Shown here: positions 23,987-36,688 of the stretch, piece after piece
Position numbering within the stretch: position 1 is the stretch's first letter
Layout: each line of letters starts with the position of its first letter
From: Octopus sinensis
Taxonomy: Eukaryota
Length of the DNA: 64,000 nt
Assembly: GCF_006345805.1 (NCBI RefSeq)
Contig: NC_042999.1
Span: 115,320,001-115,384,000, forward strand
Direction: 5' to 3'
Made by a program: the position numbers and the translations under genes
Notes under the pieces: model-generated
What the model was told of the DNA's origin: nothing
Databases searched by the model: none
What the model saw: the letters and a program-made list of their open reading frames with translations, nothing else

Positions 23987-25835
23987 CTGAAGATATCAAA
24001 ATAATATTTTGGAATTTATAATGTGTAAATGAAATACATAAATGAAAAAAAATTCCATTATATAAAAATAATCATCCTATTTGGACATGTGACCTAAGAT
24101 TTATCAGCAATATGAAATAAAAACAAGATTATACAATGATTATTCTTGTTTTTAAATGATGAATGAGAAAAACAATGGGCTTAGACAAAGTGCCTGTCAT
24201 ATATTTGATTTCTTAGGATTAAAGAGAAAGAAATCTATGGGTTTCCTTCTTCCCTGACCTGAAAAACGACAAAAATACAATCCCTAGAACTCTTAGAAAA
24301 CTGAAGCTAACGGAACCATGGCCTTCAAAACTACTTCTAATCTGAAAAGAGATATTATTCTTAGAACATTTCCTGAAAAAAAAAGTCTCACAATGAGTGA
24401 CAAAGACATGAAAATAATAACTGTTACAGGGAAATATGAACTTAATAGAAGCTTATATTGTTTTGAAAGAACATCAATCAGGAACAAGTCAGCAGTCATT
24501 TGAGTAAACAATGACCTACATAGAGAAAAAAATAAAAAATAAAAGAAAGTGAGGTAGAACTAAAAACAATTATCTGAAGTTGACAGAATATGTCAGTAAA
24601 GTGAGTGATTTTTTAGGTATAACTCAACAATGAAAATAATAATAGGGATGAAATTAATATGAAAGATATCTGAAACCAGATTAAGCAGTAAGAAAAGAAT
24701 AATAGTGGCATGTGTTCTTAAAAGAATGTTCATTCATATTTAATAACCAATACAATTATATAGCATAGTAAAATGAGTTGAAAAATGTGGTTAACATTCT
24801 GAATACTAAAAAAAAACAAAAAAAAACAGAAAAACTTTGATTTCTAATAACAGAAGGATAATATTTTGTTCTGTTTACACTACTTTTTACATTCATTAGT
24901 ATTAAAAAGATAATGAATAGCATTTTTGCACTATATAAGTATTTTATGCATGTCTGTGTGATTGTTGTTTCTAATAAACAAGAGAAAAGAACCCAATTTA
25001 GAGTGCAAAGTATGGCAATATTTGGTTCAGCTATGTAATGATTCTTAATTTTGTGTTCACTGGCTCATTCAGAAAGCAGCTTGAGGTCATTATGCTGTCT
25101 AAACCACCACTACAACTGCCACTTCTGCCATTGTCATCAGCATCATCATCAAATAACAATCACATATATATCAAGCAGTTCCAGAGGATGCTAATAGGCA
25201 ACAACTACCCATTACCCTTTGCCAGAGACCAGATTCATAATATAACTCCACAGTATGTTAACAATTCCAACAACAGCACTTACTTTTTAAAACTGTTGCA
25301 ATCTGATAAACAATCTGTATGAGGGGATTGAAAATATAGCTGATCCACATTGGACTTTCACTGAGAAAATATCTGTCTGGCAACAATGTTTGCACATTAG
25401 CCAATTGCTTCATCAACGATTTGAACATAAGTTTATAGGCCTATATATCGCTTCATACAATTACTAATAAATATGACAGATTTTTACATTGATAGTATAA
25501 TTCTGAAACTGCACATTTGCATTATGCTAAAGTTTCCTCTTTCATGAAATATCTGTAGACATGACATAATAAGAATATCATAGTCACAATGATAGACATA
25601 GAATGACATATCAGAAATATAAGGATCAAAGAAACTGTTCTGACTAATAAACTAAATCCATTCATTCACAACAGACATAAACTGAGCCAAACTGATTGAT
25701 TGATTTGACATTATCAGTCTGTATATGCTGCATATCTTCTGCCATGATGTTAGCATTTGAAAAATAATTGCTTAGTTATTTTGATCTGTGCAAATGGAGT
25801 TTTTAAGCCTGAAATATTGAAAAACAGTGTACAAA

Positions 25836-26105
25836 TGTAATTAGATTTTTATGTTTGATTGTTAAGGAGAGATGTTTTGGAGAAAGTTTAGCTGATTTAA
25901 ATTGGCGTTTTCTTTATTATTTAGATTTATTCTTGTATGTAGTACTTTATAAACAAAGTTAGAATTTATTCATATATATAGAACTTTGTTTACAAAGTTC
26001 TACGTATATGAATAAATTCTAAATAATAACATAAACTCAAAATAAACCAATTAAAATTTCTCCAAAACATCTCACCATAACAATCAAACATAAAACCCCA
26101 ATTAC
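25836..26105. repeat. Inverted repeat with a near-perfect central palindrome (25959-26022)
   Basis: ttagaatttattcatatatatagaactttgt-tt-acaaagttctacgtatatgaataaattctaa; outer arms ttttatgtttgattgtta...gagatgttttggagaaa vs tttctccaaaacatctc...taacaatcaaacataaaa. Confidence 0.85.
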
Positions 26106-26560
26106 CACCCTACTCAGATCCACACACCCAAGGAATATTTCAACCTAACAGAGACTATATAAAATCAAGACTAACTTAAATGCATTGAAGTCTAATGATA
26201 GTTTAGCTGGCTGAAAGTTCAAAGTCACTCTTACAACAACATTCTTGTTTCAGAATAATAAATTTGTACCCTACAAAAGTATTGAGTAACCCATCAGATT
26301 AATGTGAAATTGTTTTTCTTATAACTGAACATAAGGTGGCGACCTGGCAGAATTGTTGCACATCAGGCAAAATGCTCAGCAGCATTTCATCCATCTTAAT
26401 GTTCTGAGCTCAAATTACACCAAGCACTACTTTGCCTTTCATCCTTTTGGGCTCAATAAAATAAGTACCTGGGCTCAATGGCCTTGTGGCAAAATTTGAA
26501 ATCATTACAACTGAACATAAAAACAAACATTAACATACATACACACACACACACACACAC

Positions 26561-26723
<163 letters not shown>

Positions 26724-27081
26724 ATGAGTGAGTGAATGATATATGAAGATATAAAGAGGGTGAGAGTTATATGTGTATGATATCGAAAAGATAATATAAT
26801 AGTTTAAATCAAACCTGCCAGTTACAATACATGAGAAAATAGAAAAGAATCCATATACATAAATTTAGTTCTAGTATTTTATATTTACTTGTAATGCATA
26901 AATTTGATATATGGCACTGGGAATATAGGCATTCAAAGTTAAGTCAACAATGATTTGAAATAAAGTTCCATAACTATATCAAAAGAATGAAAAGTGAATT
27001 ACATTGTAACCAGGTGATTCAACTGATGTTGTAACTCAGATTAATGGTTAATCTGGCTCTGATTGTATATATATATATATA

Positions 27082-27627
27082 CTAGCAGAAAGACCCGGCA
27101 TTGCCTGAGTTAAAGAGAACAAGGAAATTTAAAAACACTGTCTAGATTATGCAGGTTTCGACTGTTAGTAGCTGAGATACCAACTTTCTACATTAATAAC
27201 TCTCCAAACCCATGGCAGCATGGTCATAGCCACTAAGTGAAATGTTAAAAGAAAGTTTTCTACTCAATTGTGTATATAAAGTAAATACATATAATTCAAA
27301 AACATGTTTTGTGTAGCTTATTTTGTAACCAAAAAAACAGATACAGATTAAAAACAAGGAAAGGCTGATTTTGGTGATCCTTTGACAGAGGTAGTAGAGA
27401 GCTAATCTGATGATAAATCTGAGCTTGGTTCTTGAATGTTTGCATGAATCCTGGCTCAGTTAAATCTCTTGTGGCTCCAAATGATGTCATCTATAGTACA
27501 GCATTGTATTGTGTAATTTTGTCTTGGAAGTGCTTGGAATCTTGGTCAGTTGATGACAACAGTTTCTTCAATGGCTCTGTGCAGGTGTCTTTCCAGGCCA
27601 CTTCCTTGCTTTACACAGTATGCACTC
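27082..27627 (-). mobile_element. Helitron remnant: internally deleted Rep/helicase N-terminal fragment plus 3' terminus
   Basis: CILCKARKWPGKTP / EPLKKLL...SKHFQDKITQYNAVL*MTSFGAT...PGFMQTFKNQAQIYHQISSLLP; 3' end hairpin (27093-27110) then CTAG|T at 27085-27082 in the same orientation. Confidence 0.85.
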
Positions 27628-28320
27628 AGTGGCCTATGCCAGGGGTGTAACCAGCCGAATTATGCATACCTTTCCTTCATTGGACACTAAACTCTGCTTG
27701 TGAAGACCTGTTGAGGCAAGTGAAATCGAAATCAAATCAAATTTGCAACTTCGATGACTGGCACCCATGCCAGTGGAGCGCTAAGAGCACCATCCAAGTG
27801 TGATCGCTGCTAGAGCAGCTGACTAGCTTCCATGCTGGTGGCATGTAAAAAAGCACCATTCAAACGTGATCATTACCAATGTCGCCTTACTGGCAGTTGT
27901 GCCGGTGGCATGTGAAAAACATCTGATCGAGGTCATTGCCAGTGCCGCTGGACTGGCTCCTGTGCAGGTGGCACACAAAAAACACCACTTGAGCGTGGCT
28001 GTTGCCAGTACCGTCTGACTGGCCCTTGTGCCTGTGGCACATAAAAGCACCCACTCTCGGAGTGGTTGGCATTAGGAAGGGTATCCAGCTGTAGAAACTG
28101 CCAGATCAGATTGGTGCCTGGTGCAGCCATCTGATTCGCCAGTCCTCAGTCAAATCGTCCAACCTATGCTAGCATGGAAAGCAGATGTTAAATGATGATG
28201 ATGATGATGATATATTATAATATTAATAAATTTCAGGGTAGTAAAAAACTATTTAGAAATTTTTTACTACTAGTGGCCTAGTGTGTAGAAAAAACTAGTC
28301 AATAGACTATATATTATTCA

Positions 28321-28451
28321 TATAAATACAGTGCACATTTAAACACATAAGAGATGGCCATAATAGGACATCTAACTCACTAGAAGGAGTAGTTAAAATC
28401 CGTTGTATTATGGCCATCTCTTATGTGTTTGAATGTACACTGTATTTATAT
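28321..28451. repeat. Short foldback: 45-bp inverted arms, about 41-nt loop
   Basis: tataaatacagtgcacatttaaacacataagagatggccataata vs tattatggccatctcttatgtgtttgaatgtacactgtatttata. Confidence 0.9.
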
Positions 28452-28452
28452 A

Positions 28453-28523
<71 letters not shown>

Positions 28524-29585
28524 CAAATGAGAGCAGAATGTCCAATACATATTTGAATGTAAGCCTTGTTTCATATTTAAACCAAAACTTTGTTTCACAA
28601 GTTCAGTTTCATCTGTACATTGTGTGAAACTTAGTTTTAGTTTCAATAAAAGCTACAGAGACACACACATGCATTACAAGCTCTTATGATGCTCACCTTT
28701 TGTCAACATATCCATAGAAATTATGCCTCAAAATGGAATGTATGAGTGAGACATATTCTGCAACCCCTATGGTAGGCTACCCCTCTTGGAGAATAGTAAA
28801 TCTAAATAGGAAATGATACAGGGTAGAGTATCCAGGAAGAACTAATCTCTTCTATGCAAGAAGGATTTAGTCCTTCCAGCACAGAGGGGTATCACTAATG
28901 TTGGTATCATGATAAATTATACTTTGGCTACAGTGTAAGAGACATAACAAAGTTGGCTGGGATTCTTTTATTGTGGCTGCTATGAATGATGAAGTTTATC
29001 CTGTAGATGCTCACATGGAAAAATGTATGTATGACAATGAGAATGGTGATGATGATGATGATGCTGAAATGGTTCTCTTGGGTATTAGGATGTTCAGCAT
29101 CAGAGATGAAATAGTGCAAGCACATACTCAGAGAGATTGTATAATCGCCCATTCAAGCCATGATAGTGTGGGGACAATAAATGCGATACAGGAATAAGTT
29201 ATGTGGTAATGATGCTGGTGATGATGATAAGATATAATCATACTTTGTAGTACCTATAAATGAAAATGAAAAGCTATATTGCTAAATTATCGGTGAACTT
29301 TTATTTAGCGGAAGAAATTTTTTTTCCTGCAAGTTCAGTGCCATGAGAGAAGGGGAAAAAAAAATTTGTTTCTGCTGATATAAAAGGACTTAATTTTGTA
29401 TTTATTTTTTTGTGGGAGTTAGACTCTGGTTAGTTCTGGGCAAAGGCTGTGATATGGAAATCATTGATTGAATGTTTAGAAATGACTCATGTAACATGTC
29501 ATATAAAGTAGGTTTTATTGTTCTTTTAACAACATATATCCTCTGTCTGTCTCCTCTCTCTTTCTCTGTCAATCTATCTACCTAC

Positions 29586-29629
<44 letters not shown>

Positions 29630-29632
<3 letters not shown>

Positions 29633-29797
29633 GTGACTGTGTGGTAAGAAGTTTGCTTCCCAACCACATGGTTCCAGGTTCAGTCCTACTGCATGGCACC
29701 TTGGGCAAGTGTCTTTGACTATAGCCTTGGGGCAACTGAAGCCTTGCTAGTGCATTTGATAGATGGAAACTGAAAGGAACCTAACGCAAATATATAT

Positions 29798-29841
<44 letters not shown>

Positions 29842-30118
29842 AAGAGAGAGAGAGAGAGGTAGATATATAGATATATATTTATATATTTTCGTGTGTATGT
29901 CTTTGTGTGGGTGTTTGTACCCCACCACCACATGACAACTGGTGTTGGTGTGTTTATGTCCCCTAAACTTAGCAGTTTGGCAGGAGTGGCTGATAGAATA
30001 AGTACCAGACTCAAAACAAATAAGTACTGGGGTCAGTTCATTCAACTAAATATTCTTCAAGGTAGTGCCCCATCATGGTTGCAATCTAATGACTGAAACG
30101 AATAAAAGATAAAAGATA
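29630..30118 (+). mobile_element. tRNA-derived SINE family B with internal (TA)n (other copies 43695-44118 -, 50420-50800 -, partial 16545-16700 +, 12445-12570 -, 55050-55205 +)
   Basis: Head TGTGTGGTAAGAAG...GGTTCAGTCC, CORE-like CCTTGGGCAAGTGTCTT, tail GACTGAAAC.A.TAAAAGA. Confidence 0.85.
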
Positions 30119-31589
30119 TCTAATATAATATAACAAAATATAATATAATACAATACATATGTACATATGTGTGCATATGCATCCATGCATGCATGTCTAT
30201 CTATCTATCGAGCGATCAATCAATTGATAAAAGAAGTCCAAGTGAGACCCATTAAAATTTGAACTTATAATCACTGAATCCTGGATTCTATTATAGTTTT
30301 TTTCTGTAGTTCTCCATTTTAGTTCCTGATAAACCACTGAGTTGTCACTATGTCTAAAGAAATACTGTTGCACTGTCTTGGAATAACATTTTATTCATTA
30401 TTATTTTGTTTTGCAATAATTTTAATATCACGCAATGCTATGTAAATGTAATCAAACATTTCTTTTAAAATTACAGGCTTTTAACCTTTCTTTGTGAGTG
30501 GTATACATTTTAGTCTAGATTTAATAGGAAGTATAAGATTCTACATTAGAATTCATTAATTATATACTAGATACCTTTAATTAAATATTATTACCAGCGT
30601 TAGTGAAGCTTCTACAACTAGCTAACCAATTAACTTACGTTTCACAAGAACTATGTAGTTCATGATAAAACAGCCTGACAATAAAACAAGTAACAATTAC
30701 GTTTCAGGTTTCCAATAAAACCCAAAATATAAATTACAAATAATAGAGTGTTCCAATTATAGGGATTAATAGACAGAAATATGTGTAACAACATTAGTAA
30801 CATCAAAGAAATTACATATACCTAATTTAGGAAATTTAATACAAAACACCATGCACAAAATTGCTCAAGCATAAACAAAAGGTGAAAAGGTAAAATATAT
30901 TACTGATTTTTAGGTACAAAAAGTAGAAGCTGCATTCTAAATCAAAAGTGAGCTGAAGAAGTTGATTAAAGTCATTTCAAAACATATTTGCACATGTGTG
31001 TATGTGCATAAAAAAATAAACTAGAAATAAAATGTCTTAAGTTAAATAGTCTTTTGATAAATGAAAATAAAGTAAATATAAATGACCAAGATCTTTGGAG
31101 ATATACTGTGCTTGAGAAAACCTGGCAAGCCAAATGAGATGTAACTGTGGGTGATGCCAGTAGTGCATAACTGGCCCATTTAAAAGTACCCTTCAATTGT
31201 TGGGTAATATGCTGTGCTTGAGAAGACCAAGTGAGTCGAGTGAAATCATTGTTATGGCTGATGCCAATGCCACCTGACTAGCACCTGTACTGGTGGCACA
31301 TAAAAAGTACCATTCAAGTTTGGCCAATGTCAGTGCCAGTGACATGTAAAAAGCACCATTCGAGCATGTTTGATGCCAGTGCCACCTGAATGGCTCCCAT
31401 GCCAGTGGTACGTAAAAAGCACCTGCTACACTCTTGGAGTGGTTGGCGTTAGGAAGGGCATCCAGCAGTAGAAACCATGCCAGATCAGACTGGAGCCTGG
31501 TGCAGCCTCCTAGCTTGCCAGTTCTCAGTCAAACTGTCCAACCCATGCCAGCATGGAAAGTTGATGCTAAATGATGATGATATACATAT

Positions 31590-32690
31590 GTATCAACTGC
31601 ATTCAGCCCTTCATACAACAATTGACATTTTAGTGTTTCAGTAATTTGAAGTTAATTTTTGAAGATATAAAATGAAACTCAAAAGTATGTTTCACTTAGC
31701 CCATGTGCTTGAACTCAGACAAGCTGAGCAACTGATTATGCCATATGCTTTTCCTAGAGATACAGTGGAAGCATAGCATAGAACAGATTCAACTCACTTT
31801 CAGGTGCCTCAAATCATGCAATGTGTTAAAGAAAGATAAATATTTTGTACAAATCCAAAAGAATATACCAGTGAATTGGGAAATCAATAAATGCAGTAAC
31901 CGTCTCACCAGAATGAACTGGGGTTATGCCATCTTCTGTCAAACATTCCCGACTCAGTCATCTCTCTTCCTCTCATTACTTTTGGTGTCTTCACCCCACC
32001 ATCCTCTCACTAATTACTATGAGCAGTCCTTCCTTCCTTGAATATCAGCCCTTTGAAATTTTCTCTTTGGCCCTATCTTTTGGGCAGATGTTGACTTGCA
32101 AACGCTCAAAAGGAGCATTAACAACTTCAATATCCCCAGTCTTGAAAGACTTGCAAAACCATGAGCATTGTACCCTCTTTAACAAAAATATGAAAATAAT
32201 CCACATTCACTTTGACAATGCATAACCACACACATCTTTAGCAACAAATCAGGCAATCAGTAAATTGACTGGTTACTGAACACCCATCCACCATACAGCC
32301 CAGATCAAATGCTTTCTGACTTCTACCTCTTCAATCCATTTAAGGCCAGTCTTCAGGGACAATTTGATGACAACAATGAGAGGAATTACTTTGTAAGATT
32401 AAGTTTGACTTTATGTTAAAACACTCTTGTTATTGAATCTAATGAAGTTGAGATTGCATAATGAATGCATAGGGACCTTGACAGGGATAGATACTTTGGC
32501 TTGGCTATTAGCTGGCTAATGTAAAATTTTATACTGGGAGGTGAAGAAACAAGAGAATAAAATAATGCAGATTTTACGTTTTTTAAAGAAAATTTTTTTT
32601 TTTACTTGTGATAGAGTTGACACTGAGAAGTAATTTTTATAGGGGAAAAGTTACTCTATTAGGAGGTGCAATTTGAATAACCTATGTCAA
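31590..32690 (+). mobile_element. Decayed mariner (DD34D) transposon remnant
   Basis: IHFDNA*PHTS and HPPYSPDQMLSDFYLFNPFKASLQG at about 32195-32365; boundaries approximate. Confidence 0.75.
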
Positions 32691-32753
32691 TAATGAAAAA
32701 TGTTGAGATGTACCTCCTTACAACAATATAAACTTCATTTAATCAAGATACCC

Positions 32754-32842
32754 CTGGACTGAAGAGTAGCCTGTGGTATACACCTCGCTTGGATATTTAC
32801 CACTTCCAAGGTTCTGCTTGGTATGAAACATATGTAGCTCAG
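32754..32842 (+). ncRNA. Degenerate minimal hammerhead motif
   Basis: CUGAAGA (32759-32765)...GAAA-CAUAUG-UA (32825-32836) with perfect palindromic stem III ACAUAUGU; stems I and II are imperfect. Confidence 0.45.
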
Positions 32843-33314
32843 ATATTATCTACTCTATTCCTTAACTCTTGTATCATCATCATCATCATCATTATCATTT
32901 AACGTCTGCCTTCCATGCTGGCATGGGTTGGACAGTTTGACTGAGGTCTGGCAAGCCAGTGGGCTGCACCAGGCTCCAGTCTGATCTGGCAATCTTTCTA
33001 CAGCTGGATGCTCTTCCTAATGCCAACCACTCCAAGACTGTAGTGGGTGCTTTTTACGAACCACCAGCACGGAAGCCAGTCAGGGGTCACTGTCATCAAC
33101 CACGTTTGGATGGTGTTATTTACGTGCCACCGGCACAGGAGCCAGTCAGGGGGCACTGGCCATGGCTATGATCTCTATTTCAATTTTACTGGACTCAACA
33201 TATCTTCTCAAGCATATCATATTACCTGACGCTTCAAGTCTTCTATTAAATGGGCCGGTCATGCAACACTACCATCAGCCTTTTTTCTTTTTCTTTTCAT
33301 AGTGTTTTTCTGAT

Positions 33315-33386
33315 GGCCAGATAACTGAAGAGATGGCGGCGTGAATTTCCACCTTGGCATCCGAAACTCAGAGTTTTATCTTGGTC
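33315..33386 (+). ncRNA. Type-I hammerhead ribozyme motif (best in window)
   Basis: Stem I AGAUAA/UUAUCU (extendable via GGCC/GGUC with one bulge); core CUGAAGA 33325-33331; stem II GAUG/CAUC; GAAA 33363-33366; stem III ACUC-A-GAGU; cleavage predicted after U33375. Confidence 0.75.
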
Positions 33387-33463
33387 TCATATTACATTTA
33401 CAGATAATTTCCTCTATTTACATAATATCAAGGTCTCTTTCTTTCTTTTGTTATCTTAATGTT

Positions 33464-33564
<101 letters not shown>

Positions 33565-34372
33565 ATAAGGGTAGAAGGGGTTGTAACTAAAGGTGTGATC
33601 TTGTGAAGCACATAGGTACATTCCAGTAATGAAATGTGTGTATGCAGATGCTTTATATTAAATGAGGCATACATACTAGTTTAAAGTTCTGGTGAATCTT
33701 ATTTACTGAACAAGTATATATGAAAAACGAAGACTGGAAAATTTGGCATATTTTTAATTCTACATTAGGTATATTTCATTACAGTATACGAAATACATTA
33801 TGAATATAAATATTAATATTATTAAAAATCTTATAAATATAAGTTTAAAATGTGTACACACTTCCTCAGTCAAAGATTCGAAAATAATATGTATTATTTT
33901 ACTTAAATTTATTATATTATTATCGTTAATAAGATGGTGAGCTGGCAGAATCATTAGCATGCTGGGCAAAATGCTTAGTGGCACTTTGTTCTTACATACT
34001 GAGTTCAAATACAGCTGAGGTCGACTTTGCCCTTCAGAGACTATAAAATAAGTATTAGTTGAACTCTGGGGTTAATGTAACCGACTTGTCCCCTTCTCTG
34101 AAATCACTGGCCTTGTGCCAAAATTTGAAACTAATACTATTATTATATTCATTAGGTATTTCCTATACTGTAATAAAAGACTTGCAATATGAAATTAAAT
34201 TAAAAATATATAGTCATGAAGGAGGTAACAAAGGACAACAACAAGTGGTAAGCCATTGTGCTGGAGAAAAAAGAAAGAACAGAAAAAGAGTATGAACAAA
34301 TTAATGAAGCAACCAATCCATACAAGTATAGAAAAGTGGACTTACACCTAAAATTATGACACACACAATTAC

Positions 34373-34383
34373 ATGTGTGTGTG

Positions 34384-34461
<78 letters not shown>

Positions 34462-34552
34462 CATAGACACACACATAGACACATACATAGATACATACAT
34501 ACATACATACATACATACATACATACATACCTACATACATACATACATACAT
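34373..34552. repeat. Compound microsatellite (TG)n(TA)n(CATA)n; many similar tracts elsewhere (1757-1853, 14970-15047, 16697-16818, 28453-28518, 29588-29630, 33463-33563, 36560-36684, 47094-47155, 49238-49402)
   Basis: Direct reading. Confidence 0.95.
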
Positions 34553-36608
34553 GTATGCATATATAAAGTGGGAATCAATTTTCATCTAAAGTGACAGTTG
34601 GACAATATTTGAAAAACTCAGATGTATGTTCTTTACACATATACCATAAATTCTTCCATAAGTTAGATCACTCTGTGATATAGTATCTATCAACATTTCT
34701 GGAATCTGCATCATCTCATATCTGTGAATACCGACTGCTTAAACACTGATTTAATTACTTGCGCAAAAGTATTTTTTGTTCATTTCTAACTTTTGTGTCA
34801 CACAGAAACTACTATATAGAAGCATTTTTTTACATCCTGATGTCTCTTCATATTTGCGTTGCAGGTTTCTATCAATAAAACCATCCTTCTTTTATTAGTC
34901 AAACCATTTTATATTATTTCTTTAGCTCACTTCCTGTTAACTTGTATCAAAGTTTTACATAACACATACTTTGAATAGTCTTAACTTATTAACTTCCAGT
35001 CAAGCCAAATTCTCAGTGTTTGCTACTCTTATTTTACTGGCTGTCTGTATGTATCAGTGGGATGATAAAGAATCAGGATTATGATCTGATCTGAGTAATG
35101 TACCTCCTCATTAGACATGCAATAAATGCACACGCATAAACCAATGTTAGGTTGAAGATTGAGAGCAGTGAAACCAGTGATATTTCTGACCTATTTCTTC
35201 CTTAGTTGAGTTACAAAAAAGTTCATAGAAATGCACTTTTATGTAAATCTGCAAGCAAGATTTATTTTAACAGTTATAGAAAAATCATCTTCAATATAAT
35301 TTTCATTAAATTACTTGTTCACTTTACTTATACAATAATTAAGTCAATGCTGCTTTTTTCATTCAAAATTATTTTTCCCTTTGTTATAAACATATTAAGT
35401 GTTTATTATATTAGTATAATAAAATAAAAAAAACTAAAATACCCCAAACAACTAAATTCATTAAGTTTCAGTTTACCATAATATGAATGGAGACACCATT
35501 TATCATCATATTCTCTGATCATTAGATGTGGCAGTTAACTTCCTGATCAAATAACTTGAAGATGCAATGATGTAAAAGTAAATGCATTAAGGTCCTTATT
35601 ATAAGATATTTATCAGAATTATAAATATTTATTTCAATAAAAAACTTGACATTTCTCTTAAAAAATAAATAAAAATAGCAACCACATACAGCCTAACATT
35701 TAATTCTAAATCTGAACACTAAAATGTTTCTTTTATGCACAATAGTAAGATAACATTTACATAATTTGTGTAAAGATCATTAAGATATTCGGTTTTTCTC
35801 ACCATAATTTGCATGACATTTTCTAACTAGATTCAGTATAGTAGTTTATAAATGATTGAATAGCTGGAAGTATATTTGAGGAAATCAGCATTTATTTCCA
35901 AGATCAGATTTAGTTAAAATACAAGTATAACGAGTAAAGATAATGTTGAGTCTAACTCCTGAGAGTTTAATGGTTAATACTCCATCACCATATTGAGTCA
36001 TGATCATAGCCAAGAACATAACTTGCCCTGATCCAGTCCATCAAGCTTGTAAATAGGAACTAGGAACAGGAGCCGAGTAAAAGTGAAAGCATTCAATCAA
36101 TTTTTACATAAAAAATGTTATTTGATACTGTTTATAAGTCAAATATGGTTGATTGATGCTAGTCTTTGAATTGTGAATAGTACTCTAATGTAGTATGTAT
36201 GTTTGTTTTGGATAAAATCATTAACAAATCAGTGCTGAAGTAATTTTTTGCTACATAAAGGAAACCCACATTTCATAAGGCAGTTCTTCAAAGGATGCTT
36301 AGTTCCTATTGAGAATTATCAGAGAGAATTGCAGAGAACATGATCATTTTTTGATGAATGATGTCTGTGATATGGATACAATGACATTTGTGTTTATGAA
36401 GTGTATAGTTTCTCCATATTGATGATGTTGAAAAAAAAACTCTAAAAATGTTATAAAGATTATTTTCTAAGCATAATTGTTCACTTATTCCTTTTATTTC
36501 AAACTTCTCTATTTCTTTAACTGAATTAATGAGATTTTTCAAGGATCATATCAACTACTTGAGAGAGAGAGAGAGGGGGGAGGGGGAGAGAGTGGGGGGG
36601 AGAGAGAG

Positions 36609-36688
<80 letters not shown>

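Noticed and set aside
36080-36550. Possible hAT transposase remnant (also 41820-42470)
   Set aside because: Only vague peptide resemblance; cannot be supported without a search.
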